From the IMG/VR virus record IMGVR_UViG_3300037067_021792: 64,000 nucleotides of DNA, one strand, 5' to 3'. Positions 40,705-48,587 of this stretch are shown in pieces. Below the pieces are notes generated by a model that saw only the letters and a program-made list of their open reading frames with translations, had not been told where the DNA came from and searched no databases. The translations under genes and the position numbers were made by a program. How positions within the stretch are numbered: position 1 is the stretch's first letter; each line of letters begins with the position of its first letter. Source of the stretch: a virus (Duplodnaviria > Caudoviricetes).

Positions 40705-41273
40705 ATGTAATGGTTGTTGACATGATAGAAGGTTTTGCTCGGCAGGGAGCCCTTTCGAGCCCCCGGGTAGCTGCTCTAATACCTAAACAGGTTCATTTTT
40801 TGGAACAAGTTCCTTCTGATACACTCGTGGTGTTTCTGGCAGATGTCCACGAAGATTCAGACCATGAACTAGAGAAGCTACCGAAACATTGTATGGCAGG
40901 CACAAAAGAATCTGAAGTTTGTCCAGAACTGCTCAAGGTTTGTAAGGATAGGGAATTAGATTACATTATTATTCCCAAGCAAACTTGGAGTGGGTTTTTT
41001 GATCCGCCTTTAAAGGATGGGTTAGATGATTTGTCTTCCGATAAAGATTGGGTTGTAATGGGGTGTGTGACAGATATCTGTGTATCAGCCAACGTTTTTG
41101 AGCTTCTATATCGTGGCAAAGATGTAACAGTATTACGAGATTGTGTTGATACTTATGATATGCCTGGACATGATGCTGAGTTAATAAACAAAACATTTTT
41201 TGATAATGTATTTCCATCTCTTGGAGCCAGAGTTGTTGATTCAGACGATTATTACCCTGATAACCACGCGTGA
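40701..41273 (+). CDS. pncA: Nicotinamidase (isochorismatase family)
   Basis: VVDM..GF, D.H..H.E..PKHC, K..SGF, GCVTDICV. Confidence 0.85.
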   Translation: MNVMVVDMIEGFARQGALSSPRVAALIPKQVHFLEQVPSDTLVVFLADVHEDSDHELEKLPKHCMAGTKESEVCPELLKVCKDRELDYIIIPKQTWSGFFDPPLKDGLDDLSSDKDWVVMGCVTDICVSANVFELLYRGKDVTVLRDCVDTYDMPGHDAELINKTFFDNVFPSLGARVVDSDDYYPDNHA

Positions 41274-41354
41274 TGGGGATTTTGAGAAGATGACCGAACG
41301 ATTCATGGACAAATATCGTGCCTCTGGTCGTACCGATCCGTTTGCGAGAGCCAT

Positions 41355-41621
41355 ATGAAACCGACAACCCGAAATTGTCCAGAATGTGATGGAACTGGAC
41401 GTTGCAGCTACGCTCCCGGGAAATGCTATTTTTGTCGCGGTAAAAAGAAGATTAATTCTGATTTTATTAAATGGACCCGATCCAGAGAAAGATACGCCAA
41501 CAGAATATACAATAAAATTGAATCCAATATGGCAACACTACGACAGCAACTAATAGACGAGTGTATGTCTGGTTGGGAACATGCCAATCCTAAGCCAAGC
41601 AAATTTTCTTCAAAGGATTGA
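41355..41621 (+). CDS. Small zinc-finger protein
   Basis: CPECDGTG..CYFCRG. Confidence 0.55.
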   Translation: MKPTTRNCPECDGTGRCSYAPGKCYFCRGKKKINSDFIKWTRSRERYANRIYNKIESNMATLRQQLIDECMSGWEHANPKPSKFSSKD

Positions 41622-42235
41622 AAATGCTTTCTTTCCGGTTTCCTGACAAGCCAACTCGGATAGACTCTAGTTTTGTGCTTGGAATACGAGAAAATGAGTG
41701 GCTATGTCAAGGTAAATATGATGGATGGCGCTGTCAAATCTATCAAGATAATGGGCAATTAAATTTTTTTAGCAGAATCGGTAATAATTTGCCGTCAAAA
41801 ACCAAGTTTCCGCAGCAGATTGTCGATACTGTTAAGGCATTAAATCTACCCGATGGCACTGTTTTGGACAGTGAGTTTGTTGGTCCTAGAGGCAGAACAC
41901 CGCCACAATTATATCTATTTGACTGTCTAGCATTGGAAGGGCAATGGTTAGTTAAACAGCACTTCATCGAGAGATGGAAGACGGTTAATCGATTGTATGA
42001 ATTAATCAGGAATAACTCCCACGTTTGTTTAGCCGAAACAGTAGAGTGCGATTTTTTAAATTATTTTGAGAAATTAAGGCAGCAGTGGTTGGATAATAGG
42101 GATTTTAAGTTGTTCGAGGGTGTTGTAATCAAACGAAAAACCGGAAGCCTGATATTAAATAGAAGTTCTTGTGCTAAGTCGATTCATATGTTTAAATTGA
42201 AATATCGTGAAAATGATGAAGGTAAAAAGTACTAG
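41618..42235 (+). CDS. ATP-dependent ligase-type nucleotidyltransferase (adenylation domain only)
   Basis: KYDGWR, LDSEF, YLFD, EGVVIK, KLK; no OB domain. Confidence 0.8.
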   Translation: MKMLSFRFPDKPTRIDSSFVLGIRENEWLCQGKYDGWRCQIYQDNGQLNFFSRIGNNLPSKTKFPQQIVDTVKALNLPDGTVLDSEFVGPRGRTPPQLYLFDCLALEGQWLVKQHFIERWKTVNRLYELIRNNSHVCLAETVECDFLNYFEKLRQQWLDNRDFKLFEGVVIKRKTGSLILNRSSCAKSIHMFKLKYRENDEGKKY

Positions 42236-42246
42236 GGAGATTGTCC

Positions 42247-42954
42247 ATGAGTATGACTTACTACAAAATCACGAACAAAACCGAAACACATCACGGTCTT
42301 AAATACAAGACAGGATTAAACGTAGACCCTCTACCTTTCAATCCTCGTGGAGATTGTACTCCAGGTGGCATTTATTACACTGATGCCGAGAATATTCTAT
42401 ATTTCCTTGACTATGGTCCCTGGATCAGAGAGGTTATACTACCCAAAGACGCTCAAGTTTATCAAAATCATGGCTTACCTAAGAAATGGAAAGCAGATAA
42501 AGTCAAACTAGGACCACGTCATAAGTGGTGTAGCCTGGAGATTATTAAAAAGCTTATCAAAGAAGGTGCTGACATACACATCGATGATGATTATGTTTTG
42601 AGATTGGCCGCTGAAAGTGGTCATCTAGATGTGGTTAAATATTTGATTAAAAATGGTGCGGATATACATGCTAGGGATGATTATGCTTTAGGATGGGCTG
42701 TTAGCAATGATTATCTAGATGTGGTTAAATACTTGATTAAAAATGGCGCTGATATACATGCTAGGGATGATTGTGCTTTGCGATATGCTGCTAGCAATGG
42801 TCATCTAAGTGTAGTAAAATATCTCGTAGAAAAGGGTGCTGATATACACGCCGTGGATGATTGGGCTTTTCAGTGGGCTGCTATCAGGGGTCATATGGAT
42901 ATAGTAGAATTTTTATCAACTGTCAGTGAGAATGCTAGACTAGGATGGCGGTAG
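42247..42954 (+). CDS. N-domain + ankyrin-repeat protein, copy 1 (four 30-aa units)
   Basis: YYKITN..GGIYYT..KWKAD plus GADIHxxDDxxLxxAAxxGHLxVVKYL. Confidence 0.9.
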   Translation: MSMTYYKITNKTETHHGLKYKTGLNVDPLPFNPRGDCTPGGIYYTDAENILYFLDYGPWIREVILPKDAQVYQNHGLPKKWKADKVKLGPRHKWCSLEIIKKLIKEGADIHIDDDYVLRLAAESGHLDVVKYLIKNGADIHARDDYALGWAVSNDYLDVVKYLIKNGADIHARDDCALRYAASNGHLSVVKYLVEKGADIHAVDDWAFQWAAIRGHMDIVEFLSTVSENARLGWR

Positions 42955-43380
42955 CAGAAGTGGCTGATCCTTCTCTGTTTCTCCTAGTTTTAATCCATCT
43001 TGTGAAAGAGACAAACCAAGCTGGTCTACGACATTGCATAGATATATACAAGCCTGAACATCTGCCTCGTTGGGTTCTGTCCATTCCTGAAGCTGAAGCG
43101 CCGATTTAGCAGGATCGATGGAGCACTGATAGCATTCTTCGCTCATTTTTTTACCGAACAAGACACCAGGCTGATTGAGGGAGACAGATGTTCCTAAAAT
43201 TCTGCGCCTGGCATGTTCATATTTAAAAAGGGCAATGAACGATTCTTTGAATAATGATCCGAGTTCATCGATATTGTCTATGATGAAATCTAATTGTTCT
43301 CGAACTTCTTGTTGCACTAGATTCCACCAATTGGCGGATATTAGTGCTAGTTTGATCGAATTAATTTTATGCTGTTCCAC
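42940..43380 (-). CDS. Hypothetical protein
   Basis: ORF with GTATAAT upstream. Confidence 0.55.
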   Translation of the reverse strand: MEQHKINSIKLALISANWWNLVQQEVREQLDFIIDNIDELGSLFKESFIALFKYEHARRRILGTSVSLNQPGVLFGKKMSEECYQCSIDPAKSALQLQEWTEPNEADVQACIYLCNVVDQLGLSLSQDGLKLGETEKDQPLLLPPS

Positions 43381-43585
43381 GTCTACATTATACCTTTTTC
43401 TTTTGACTTTTGGGATTAATGCGATTAGAATAATTTAAAGGAGAAAAAATGAATTCTTGTGTCGGTATTTCAATAACGCTCGGCGCTTTTTTGTTGTTCC
43501 TGTCTCTTGCTCATATGGGAGATCAATTATCGATTATTGCGAAGCATCTGGAAAATATCTTGGAGCAACTGAAATTGAGGAAGCT

Positions 43586-44251
43586 GTGAAAATCGATGTT
43601 TCGCAGAAATTATCTCCAGCAAACAAGAGAAGCATAGTTTTGTTCGGCGGCGCTTTTGACCCTCCAACCCTGGCGCACTTAGCGGTTGCAAAATTTGTGT
43701 TGAACTCGAATTATGGAATAGATCAGGTATGGTTTACTCCGTGTTATAGGCATCGTTATAACAAAAATATGGCACCATGTGAAGATCGTTTAGCCATGTG
43801 CCAATTGATGTTAGATGATAATCGGATAAAAGTATTTGATTATGAAATTAAAAACCGCCTGCGAGATGGAACATACGATTTTATCAAGAGATTATTAGAA
43901 GAACAACAATTTATTCAAGATAAATACAATTTATCTTTGCTTATTGGAATGGATAATGCTAACACTTTTGATAGATGGGTCAATTCTGAAGAGCTTAAGA
44001 AGCTAATACGATTTATAGTAGTTCCGCGTGCGAGTGAAAGTCCTAATCCGAAAGTGGATTGGTATTTAAAACCGCCGCATATCTTTTTGCAGTCAGATAA
44101 ACAATTGCCACATATATCATCTACTGATGTCAGAAAATTTACTTTTCGTCGGTATGTTGGAACACCGAGTTGTGAGGCTGATGTTCTTAGGATGATAAAT
44201 CCCAATGTTTGGGAATACATTCAGTCTCACGGGCTGTATCAAAATCAATAG
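43586..44251 (+). CDS. nadD: Nicotinate-nucleotide adenylyltransferase
   Basis: GGAFDPPTLAH, R.AM, IGMDN..F.RW, ISSTDVR; probable GTG start at 43586. Confidence 0.88.
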   Translation: MKIDVSQKLSPANKRSIVLFGGAFDPPTLAHLAVAKFVLNSNYGIDQVWFTPCYRHRYNKNMAPCEDRLAMCQLMLDDNRIKVFDYEIKNRLRDGTYDFIKRLLEEQQFIQDKYNLSLLIGMDNANTFDRWVNSEELKKLIRFIVVPRASESPNPKVDWYLKPPHIFLQSDKQLPHISSTDVRKFTFRRYVGTPSCEADVLRMINPNVWEYIQSHGLYQNQ

Positions 44252-44264
44252 TAAAGGAATTGAA

Positions 44265-44735
44265 ATGGACGAGTATGACAGTGCCGCTGATACTGCTGCC
44301 CATATAGCAGAAGTAGCTAAGAATCTCTCAATCTTTGTATCAGAATTAGTTAATCGAGCAGGTAGTCATGATAAAAGTAAGTTTGGCGTGGAAGAAAAAT
44401 CTGCCTTTGATAAAATTACTCCGCTATTGAAAAATACTACTTATGGTTCGGATGGGTATAAAGCAGCACTAAAAGAACAAAAACCTGCCATTGATCATCA
44501 CTATCAAAATAATCCACATCATCCAGAGCATTATAAAAACGGTATTTGCGATATGAATTTGGTAGACTTATTAGAAATGTTAGCAGATTGGTTCGCTGCC
44601 ACCAAAAGACATGCCAACGGCGACATTTTGAAAAGTCTTGAAATTAATACTGATCGATTTGAGATAGGAGCACAATTACACTGGATACTTGAAAACACAA
44701 TTAGAGAATTCTTTTTGGAGAAAACAAATGATTGA
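44265..44735 (+). CDS. HD-like hydrolase (DUF5662-like)
   Basis: HI..V, HDKSKF, HHYQNNPHHPEHY, EMLADW. Confidence 0.75.
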   Translation: MDEYDSAADTAAHIAEVAKNLSIFVSELVNRAGSHDKSKFGVEEKSAFDKITPLLKNTTYGSDGYKAALKEQKPAIDHHYQNNPHHPEHYKNGICDMNLVDLLEMLADWFAATKRHANGDILKSLEINTDRFEIGAQLHWILENTIREFFLEKTND

Positions 44736-45020
44736 TCCTGCTCAATTACCTGATGCTAAAAACCCCGACACTGCTATGCTAAAGTTTCATATCTCTTGTT
44801 TAGAGAATGAAATGTTAGCCTATAGAATTTTTGATGTAAATAGCGTCATTAGTCAGATGTTGTTGTGTTCTAATAAAGATAAAGACGAGCAAGAAAAAAA
44901 TCGAAAGAATCAGCAATTAATTGAAGAATGGCTAAAGACTGCTAAGGCAGAACTTGAAGCTCGGGCAGATAAGGGCACTGCTTGTATTGAGGTAGAACTA
45001 AAAGATTAGGTCCTAATTGC

Positions 45021-45048
45021 TTGACATCTTTAGGATTTGTGGTATACT
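45021..45048 (+). promoter_or_regulatory. sigma70-type promoter of PARP gene
   Basis: TTGACA-16-TATACT with extended TG. Confidence 0.75.
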
Positions 45049-45076
45049 TCAGTAGAACCGTGACAGGAGATGCACA

Positions 45077-46378
45077 ATGGCAGATGTGATAGAACACAGG
45101 AAATTTGTATTTGTCTCAAACAACCTTAACAGCAACAAGCGATGGGAAGTGCTCTTATACGATAACGATGACGTAGAAGTGAGATATGGCAGAATCGGAA
45201 AATCCTTACAAAGTAAGGTTCATCCCGGTGCTGGTCGTAGAAGGATGGAGTCTTCGATTCGAGATAAAACCAGTCCATCTGAGCATTATGATGGTGGTTG
45301 TTATCGAGAAATCGAAGTGCTTGATACTGCCGCTACATCATCTCCTGCCTGTATATCATCATCAAAATCAGAATTAAAGAAAATTGCTAAGGCGCAAATT
45401 GCTACTTGCCCTATTACACAAAAACTAATTGAATTCTTCACAGAAGTTAATGCTCATAACATTTCTCATGCTACTGGTGGGCGTATTACTTATGATGTGT
45501 CTGCTGGCACATTCCGCACACCTGTTGGTATTGTTACAAAGTCAAATGTCGATGCGGCACGGACTCTGCTGGATGATCTTACGGGGTTTATTACCAAGAA
45601 TTCATTTGGTAAGCCGTTTATTACAACCCTTGAAGATTATTTAATGCTCATACCTCAAGATGTTGGCCGCAAATTTGACCCCCGCGGTTTTTGTGGAAGC
45701 ATTGATGCTATTCAACATCAGAGCCAAATTCTTGATGGATTGGATGCATCAATTCAATCGGTTTTATCAGCTCCCAAAAATGGGAAGAAGAAAGAGGAAG
45801 CGGAAACACCGAAGCTATTCAATGTTAAATTGTCAGTTGTAGATGATAAGGATATTTTAACTGAAATTCGCACATTCTTTAATAAAGGACGGCATCACGG
45901 TCATAGAAGTTACGATCTCAAGATTACAAAGGCATATGCAATCGATATGCCAACAATGAAAGACGCATGGGATCGCGATGGCTCTAAACTAAATAACCAG
46001 TGGAAGTTATTCCACGGGACAAAAGCATCTAATTGTCTTTCAATACTTAAAAATGGGTTTGTGATTCCACCTGCTTCTGCTTCTCATGTATGCGGGCGGA
46101 TGTATTCGAATGGGTGCTATCATTCAGATGAGAGCACAAAATCCCTGAATTATGCTACAAATTATTGGGGCGGAAGGGACGAGGGTAGATATTTTATGTT
46201 TTATAATCTAGTAGCTATGGGTAATTATTTCATTCCTTCTGGTTCTCGGTCTTCTCCTCCGCCTAAAGGATATGATTCATATTTTGCAAAAGCAGGGCAA
46301 TCTGGTGTGATGAATAACGAAATGGTAGTTTTTAGAACCTCCCAAATCCTACCCCTAAATTTATTAGAATTTGAATAA
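45077..46378 (+). CDS. WGR-domain PARP-like ADP-ribosyltransferase
   Basis: SNK.W..YGRIG (WGR); LFHGT, GRMYSNGCY..KSLNY, NNE = H-Y-E triad. Confidence 0.9.
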   Translation: MADVIEHRKFVFVSNNLNSNKRWEVLLYDNDDVEVRYGRIGKSLQSKVHPGAGRRRMESSIRDKTSPSEHYDGGCYREIEVLDTAATSSPACISSSKSELKKIAKAQIATCPITQKLIEFFTEVNAHNISHATGGRITYDVSAGTFRTPVGIVTKSNVDAARTLLDDLTGFITKNSFGKPFITTLEDYLMLIPQDVGRKFDPRGFCGSIDAIQHQSQILDGLDASIQSVLSAPKNGKKKEEAETPKLFNVKLSVVDDKDILTEIRTFFNKGRHHGHRSYDLKITKAYAIDMPTMKDAWDRDGSKLNNQWKLFHGTKASNCLSILKNGFVIPPASASHVCGRMYSNGCYHSDESTKSLNYATNYWGGRDEGRYFMFYNLVAMGNYFIPSGSRSSPPPKGYDSYFAKAGQSGVMNNEMVVFRTSQILPLNLLEFE

Positions 46379-46407
46379 AGGATTTTCATAATATTCTCTT
46401 GTATAAT
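46378..46407 (+). promoter_or_regulatory. Class-2 promoter
   Basis: AAGGA-N18-GTATAAT. Confidence 0.6.
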
Positions 46408-46412
46408 ACATA

Positions 46413-46583
46413 ATGGAGAATATTATGAAAACTTCAAAATACAAACTATTAAACGATAGGGAATGGCTCTATCAAAAGCACCATGTTGAAAATCTGGACG
46501 CCAATCAGATTGCCAAACAGGTCGGATGTAATCAGGGTTCTGTTGTGCAATCTTTTAAGCGTTTAGGTATAGTCTTTAAAAAG
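46413..46583 (+). pseudogene. N-terminal HTH of a homing-endonuclease-like gene, cut by a GC-rich segment
   Basis: LLNDREWLYQKH..ANQIAKQVGC..V..KRLGI; composition switches abruptly after 46583. Confidence 0.55.
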
Positions 46584-47854
46584 GTCCGCGAGCGCAAAGT
46601 CGGAGAAACGAGATGAATCTGGACCGATTGGATCAGGACTTGATGGCCTTGAGCGTGCCTACGGTCGCGCCTGGCCCGCACGTGGAAACCCTGGCCGTGC
46701 GTTTGTCGCCTCGCTGGGGAGCCGTTTCGCGCGGACGAATGTCGCCACGCAGACGTGCCGCCCTCTTTGTGGGCATCGCACTCGCCAGCCTATCGGCTGC
46801 CGCCGGCACCTACACCTACCACCGCTACGTATTCGGTACAACTTGGACCAGAGCGTCGTCCGAGCCTGAGACACCCGATGAGCAGGCGTTTGCCGACTTC
46901 GACTCAGCACACCGTGACGAGGCCATCGGACTTTGGAAGAGTGGACAGGTCACACTGCTGGAGCGGAAGCCGGACACCTCCGATCGCATGAGCGTATACG
47001 TGGTTCGCTTCGATTTTCAGGACGGCACATCCGAGACGGCCAAGATGGGCGATCATCCGAATCCGGCCCTGCGCGCCGAATGGCGGCAGATTCGCGACGC
47101 CGGCGGCGGAGAGCTCGTTTCGCTCCGTCGCTTTCCGAACGGAACGGTGATGTATGTCGTCCAGTATGCACTGTCCAGCGGAGAGACGATCCGGCAGCTC
47201 TCCAATGTCCCGCCGATGTCGAAAGCGGACCGATTCGCGGCCTACGACTTCGTGACCGAGCAGATGAAGGTCGGCGGCGGGCGGGTCGTTGGGACGACCA
47301 GCACGGGTATGCTCGTAGTCGAACTTGAGCTTCCGGACGGACACCCGTTCACGGAGGTCGTGCAGCCACCATACCCGCGGGCGGGGCTGACGCCGGAGCG
47401 TCAGGAGGAGATCTCCGAGATGATTGCGCTGGGGCAGGGAGATTTCAAAGACCAGCTCTTCTCAGCGCAAGGGTCGTGTTACGTGGTCGAATATGTGTTG
47501 TCCGACGGAACTTCCTTCCGCATGGGCGGGGATCGGCCCGTGATGACGGATGCCGCGTGGGACGCGGCCCGTGTGGAGGCGGCGACACTGTACGCCGCCG
47601 GCCAGTACACGCGCGAGACGGTCACCGCCACCGACGGTCAGGCGGTTGAGGTCCTTGTGATAACGCTATCGACCGGCTACGTCGCGAAAATCCGCGACGT
47701 GGCCCAAGCGCGGGCGCTGTGGGGGCTCGAGTAATCCGCTGCGCTCCAGGGACCTAAGCGTGAATCGGAGATTGGCCTATGCCATAGCGTAGGACGAGGA
47801 TTCGGAAGAGCAATCAGCCAGGCACTACGCCGCCCGATGCGGGGCGGCGCGGGG
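46584..47854. other. GC-rich foreign segment (~1.27 kb)
   Basis: Sharp switch to GC-rich sequence with G/C third positions; sharp return at about 47855. Confidence 0.9.
46613..47734 (+). CDS. Single-pass membrane protein with five ~50-aa repeats (anti-sigma-like layout)
   Basis: RRRAALFVGIALASLSAAAG TM; repeats G.G....YVV.Y.L.DG; ATGA-coupled to upstream gene tail. Confidence 0.7.
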   Translation: MNLDRLDQDLMALSVPTVAPGPHVETLAVRLSPRWGAVSRGRMSPRRRAALFVGIALASLSAAAGTYTYHRYVFGTTWTRASSEPETPDEQAFADFDSAHRDEAIGLWKSGQVTLLERKPDTSDRMSVYVVRFDFQDGTSETAKMGDHPNPALRAEWRQIRDAGGGELVSLRRFPNGTVMYVVQYALSSGETIRQLSNVPPMSKADRFAAYDFVTEQMKVGGGRVVGTTSTGMLVVELELPDGHPFTEVVQPPYPRAGLTPERQEEISEMIALGQGDFKDQLFSAQGSCYVVEYVLSDGTSFRMGGDRPVMTDAAWDAARVEAATLYAAGQYTRETVTATDGQAVEVLVITLSTGYVAKIRDVAQARALWGLE

Positions 47855-47905
47855 ATATATCACTAGAAGAATCTTATAGATGCTACTAATTTCTCATATG
47901 TTTTG

Positions 47906-47962
47906 GTCGTAGTTTATAGAACGTCTCAGATTCTTCCAACTCATTTGATGGAGTTCTCATGA
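47906..47962 (+). pseudogene. Second copy of the PARP C-terminus
   Basis: VVVYRTSQILPTHLMEFS* versus MVVFRTSQILPLNLLEFE* at the end of PARP. Confidence 0.8.
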
Positions 47963-48258
47963 TGGATTTTTCTGCTGCCTTAATTTTGTTAAAACAAGGT
48001 TGTCACATTCGACGCACCGAATGGACAGCGGGAGCGTATTGGTCTTTGGGTAAAAAATGGATCGAACAAATATCTTTTTACGCTGGTCAAAAAATAACTG
48101 AGCAACGTGGGGCTTTTGAGATAGAGGAAATGTTAGCAACCGATTGGGAGAAAGTAGGTCCTGATTGGTCCGAAGAATATTTCAAACAAGTATCTTGGGA
48201 GAAACATAAGAAAAGTTGTGAAAAATACGCCAAAGAACAGTCGGAGAAAACCGCATGA
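47959..48258 (+). CDS. Tad2-like (DUF2829) anti-defence nucleotide-sponge protein
   Basis: MDFSAAL..LKQG..IRR.EW...EMLATDWE. Confidence 0.65.
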   Translation: MMDFSAALILLKQGCHIRRTEWTAGAYWSLGKKWIEQISFYAGQKITEQRGAFEIEEMLATDWEKVGPDWSEEYFKQVSWEKHKKSCEKYAKEQSEKTA

Positions 48259-48533
48259 ATTTCGTTTGTGAACAATGTGGCGAAGTTGACACTATTTTGA
48301 TAGATGGATATAATTTCGGAGATCGTCTACTCGAAGGGGTGATGTTCCGGGTCAAATATGTTAGAGATAAATTAACTGCCACAATTGAACCAGAATCTGT
48401 GGAGTATATGAAGAGATTAAATAAAAAGAAATGGATCAAGGAATGCCTTGATTTTATTGAATCGGCAGACGAATTCTCAGGCCAATGTTCCGTATGTGGG
48501 AGCGAAGTGTGTTCTGACGACGAAATTTATTAA
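48255..48533 (+). CDS. Zinc-binding hypothetical protein
   Basis: CEQCG..GDRLLEGVMF..CSVCG. Confidence 0.6.
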   Translation: MNFVCEQCGEVDTILIDGYNFGDRLLEGVMFRVKYVRDKLTATIEPESVEYMKRLNKKKWIKECLDFIESADEFSGQCSVCGSEVCSDDEIY

Positions 48534-48587
48534 GCAGGATTTTTCCTCCAGGTATTGTATATAATTACAGCACTTGGAGGATTTTTT

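Noticed and set aside
46659-47344. Multiple overlapping ORFs in the GC-rich segment
   Set aside because: Expected from stop-codon scarcity at high GC; only 46613-47734 shows coherent protein features
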